A DNA stretch of 64,000 nucleotides from Mobula hypostoma (Eukaryota): positions 7,936,001 through 8,000,000 of the forward strand of contig NC_086097.1 of the NCBI RefSeq assembly GCF_963921235.1. Reading direction: 5' to 3'. Below are positions 60,406-64,000 of this stretch, one piece after another. Made by a program: the position numbers and the translations under genes. Numbering within the stretch: the first letter of the stretch is position 1; every line of letters starts with the position of its first letter. The notes beneath the pieces are model-generated. The model searched no databases. It saw nothing but the letters and a program-made list of their open reading frames with translations, and was not told the DNA's origin.

Positions 60406-61196
60406 TATCTACTATATCCAGTGCCTCCTGTATATCGGTGAGACCCAACGTGGGTTTAGAGACCACTTCACTAAGCACCTTCACTCCATCCACCGCAAAA
60501 AGCGGGATCTCCCTGTGGCCACCCATTTCAATTCTACTTCCCATTCCAGTTCTGACATGTCAGTGCCTGGTCTCCTCTACTGCTAGGATGAAGACACACT
60601 GAGGTGAAGGAACAACACCTTATATTTCATTTGGGTAGCCTCCAAACTGATGGCATGAACATCAAATTCTTGAACTTCCAGTAATGAATATTGTATCATT
60701 TCTTAATGCATGCATTACTAAATGACAATAAAAGAGGACTGCGTGTCCTCATAATCTAATCTAATCTAATCCACCTCCGCCCTCCCACTGCTCTCCTTCA
60801 CCATTTCACTTTCTTGTTTCCCCCTCTCAATTTATTTCCTTACCTGCCCATTACCTCTCTCTGGTGCTCCTCCCCTCTCCCTTATTCCACAGTCTTCTGT
60901 CCACTCCTATCAGATTCCCCATTCTCCAGTTCTTTATCCTTTTCATCAATCAACATCCCAGCTCTTTACTTCACCCCCTTCTTGTCTCCTGGTTTCTCCT
61001 GTCACATGCTACCTTGCACTTCTTTCTCCCCTTCCCCCACCTTCTTACTCTGCCTTTCTTTCCAGTCCTGAAGAAGGGTCTCAGCCCGAAACACTGAGTG
61101 TTTACTCTTTTCCATAGATGCTGCCTGACCTGTTGAGTTCCTCCAGCATTTTGTGTGTGTTGCTTTGGACTTACAGCGTCTGCAGATTTTCTCATG
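60405..61196 (+). mobile_element. Decayed PLE 3' part (GIY-YIG remnant, UTR, hammerhead remnant at 61063-61100) with a short (TCTAA)n-tailed insert at about 60685-60770
   Basis: CTCCTGTATATCGGTGAGACC (LLYIGET) and downstream sequence are collinear with 17740-18335. Confidence 0.85.
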
Positions 61197-61499
61197 TCAG
61201 CGACCAGCCGCATTCCTTTGAGAATTGAGGGGAAAATGATGCATCTTGGCAAAAACAATGTGGTTCCAGGGAGAGCAAGCAAACTCCACACAGACAACAC
61301 CAGAGTTCAGGATTGAATCTGGGCTACTGGAGCTGTGAAGGATTGTTTTACATAAACACAGACGTCTTCAATACTCAACATTGTTTAACGTCATTTCCAG
61401 AACACAAGCATAAAGGAAAATGAAATTATTGCTACTCCAGATCCGATGCAGCACAAAAACCACAATAAGATAAAGAACTCAATAATAAAACAACACATT

Positions 61500-61870
61500 G
61501 TGTTGTATGACATGGGTGATCCCATGACCATGATTGCTCTTAGCAAATTTTCCTACTGAAGTGGTTTGCCATTGCCTTCTTCTGGTCAGTGTCTTTACAA
61601 GGTGAATGACCCCAGCCATTATCAATACTCTTCACAGATTGTCTACCTGATGTCAGTGGTTGGATAACTAGAATTTGTGATATGCACTAGCTGCTCATAC
61701 GACCACTCACCTGCTGCTCCCATTGCTTCACATGACTCTGATCGGGCGAGGGGTGCAGGATAAGCAGATGCTACACCTTGCCCAAGGGTGACCTGCACTC
61801 TAGCGGAGTGAAGGAGTACCTTACATCTCCTTTGGTAGAGACGTATCTCCAACCCGCCACCCAATAAATA
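61500..61870 (-). mobile_element. Non-autonomous retroposon (probably RTE-mobilised)
   Basis: Same family as the copies at 41490-41872 and 59745-60090. Confidence 0.65.
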
Positions 61871-62889
61871 CATAAGATAGCCTATATACCTAGATTGATT
61901 GATGCTAGGCACAGGAGTGATTGTACATAAAGTGAAATAATAAAGTAGTTGTGGTTGGGTGTGCGGAGGTTGGAGGTGTTCATCAGCCTTACACCATGGG
62001 GGAAGGTAACTGTTTTTGAATCTAGTGATCCGACAAAAGAAGCTTTATATTCAGAAACATGCTCCAGAACAGTATAAGAATTAATAATTTTAAAACTGAT
62101 TTGTTGTATCGCCAGTGAAATTTGATTTACTAAGCAATATAATATTTAAACTTGAGAATTCTTTAAAAAAGAAGTCATTCTGAATCGATTACTGGTTTTA
62201 TGGATGTCCATTAGACAGTTTCTTAGTAAATTGAATAGGGTTTTAATATTTAAAAAGTTTTAAACCATGACCACTCTGTGTCTGATTGCCTTAAACGATA
62301 AAAAGTAAATTTGAAGAGCTCCTTCAAACTGTCACAACTGAGTAAGTTTGGCAGAACTTTGCCACACTTATTATGCAATCTGGCCATGAGCGTAACTGAG
62401 GGCAGCTTCTCGTGAAATGTTTTCCAAAGACTGTATTAAAGTTTGGAAAGTTTACTTTTTCATCATGAAAGGCATTGTAAACTCTCTGGTCTTTCAGCAG
62501 TTCACAAATTGCTTGATGTTGGATATCTGCAATAAATGCAGAAAGTATTAGAGATGCTCAACAGGACAAGCAGCATCTATGGAGAAGTAAAAAGACACAG
62601 TGCTATTACTTCAAATCAATGGCCTGTTAAACAAAACTTGGGAAAGTAAGAAATCAAGCAAGTTTTAATCTGAAGAGAAAGTGACAACAGACAGAGAGAA
62701 CAGTCTGTGATGGTATACAGGTGGAGAAGGATGTTAGACACAGTAGTGGTGGGATTAAGTAAGAGGGTGATAAAGTTTTGTCTGACAGGAGATGATGAAA
62801 TTTGTTGGAAGTGAAAGTGCAGAAGAATTGTGAATGAGCTTCTATTGTCCTGAAAAGCTAATTTGTGACATCATAAATCTCACAGGAGA

Positions 62890-63385
62890 TTTGTTATGTC
62901 ACCTATGTACAGTGCAGAGCATTCTAACTGCTTCCATCAGCGTCTGGTATGGAGGCGCCACTACATGGGACTGGAAAATTGGAAAAATCTACAGATAATT
63001 TCAAACTTAGCTAGCTCTATCTTGGGTACTAACCTCCCCAGCATCAAGGGCATCTTCAAAAGGTGACGCTTCAAAAATGTGGCATCCATCGCTGAGGACC
63101 CCCAACACCCAGGACATGCCCTCTTCTGTCAAGGTGGATGCACAGGAGCTTGAAGACATACACCAAATGTTTTGGGAACAGCTTCTGCCTTTCTGCCAGC
63201 AGATTTCTGAATGGACAATGAACCCATGTACACCTACCTCACTATTTTTGCTATCTTTATGTAAAATTACTTATTTTTTCTATATTGCTTATTGTAATTT
63301 ATATACTTTTATGTATTGCACTGTACTGTTAAAACATTTTGATGACATACAATATGTCAGTGATATTAAGTCTGATTCTGATTCA
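62890..63385 (+). mobile_element. Rex1/Babar-type 3' fragment
   Basis: Collinear with 38000-38520. Tail TCTGATTCTGATTC. Confidence 0.8.
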
Positions 63386-63459
63386 CATTTAAAACAACAT
63401 TTAAATAGTTTTAAAATATTACAGCAAATCTAAGTAAATGCAATGAAACTGATCTTTAT

Positions 63460-63930
63460 TAGATTAGATTAGATTCAACTTTATTGTCATTGTGCCGAGT
63501 ACAGATACAAAGCCAACGAAATGCATTTAGCATCTGACCAGAAATGCAAAGAATATTGTTATTTACAAAATAACTGCAAATAAAAAAAGTGCTACAGCAC
63601 ACAAATATAAAAGTACTGAGATAGTACAATATGGATGCAATATTGCTTAGCCCTGTGATGTGAGGTTCAGCAGGGTCACAGCCTCAGGGAAGAAGCTCTT
63701 CCTGTGCCTGCTGGTGCGGGAGCGGAGGCTCCTGTAGCGCCTACCGGATGGGAGGAGAGTAAAAAGTCCATGGTTAGGGTGAGATGCATCCTTGATAATG
63801 CTTTTCGCCCTGCCCAGCAGCGTTTATGGTAAATGTTCTCAATGGTGGGAAATTGGGTGCCGATAATCCGCTGGGCAGTTTTCACCACACTCTGGAGTGC
63901 TTTGCGGTCCGACACAGGACAATTGCCATT
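63460..63930 (-). mobile_element. Rex1/Babar-type 3' fragment, younger family
   Basis: YNGNCPVSDRKALQSVVKTAQRIIG followed by LLPSGRRYRSLRSRT in a shifted frame. Tail (TCTAA)n. Confidence 0.85.
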
Positions 63931-64000
63931 ATATGGCTGAGGAACCGACAGTACATTCAAATGAATAGATTTCTGATTTGGTATTCAACTCGGCAGGATC

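Noticed and set aside
1..64000. CRISPR arrays, prokaryotic operons, tRNA/rRNA genes, Ig/TCR segments with recombination signals
   Set aside because: No regularly spaced repeat-spacer array, no gene-dense organisation, and no V/J-like ORFs were seen. tRNA-like boxes occur only as SINE heads.

Overview
This is eukaryotic, vertebrate-type DNA that is almost saturated with transposable elements. The repeat mix (CR1 LINEs, V-SINE/HE1-like SINEs, Rex1/Babar, L2, RTE, Penelope-like elements) suggests a cartilaginous fish, probably a ray or skate; this is inference. No host protein-coding gene could be recognised, so the window looks intronic or intergenic, and nearly all ORFs in the track are TE fragments or their antisense shadows. 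Main highlights: (1) a near-complete Penelope-like element (PLE; RT plus GIY-YIG, Neptune-type Cys linker) at about 43180-47650 in partial-tandem pseudo-LTR arrangement, disabled by only two small frameshifts; (2) about a dozen copies of a minimal type-I hammerhead ribozyme motif in PLE 3' ends, some with an intact core; (3) three fold-back (inverted) PLE insertions, two with clear target-site duplications (TSDs); (4) a ~1.8 kb solo LTR; (5) an old ~500 bp tandem duplication of unique DNA later split by 5 kb of nested LINEs; (6) several TE-free islands with enhancer-like motif content. Boundaries of old elements were read by eye and are approximate (tens of bp).
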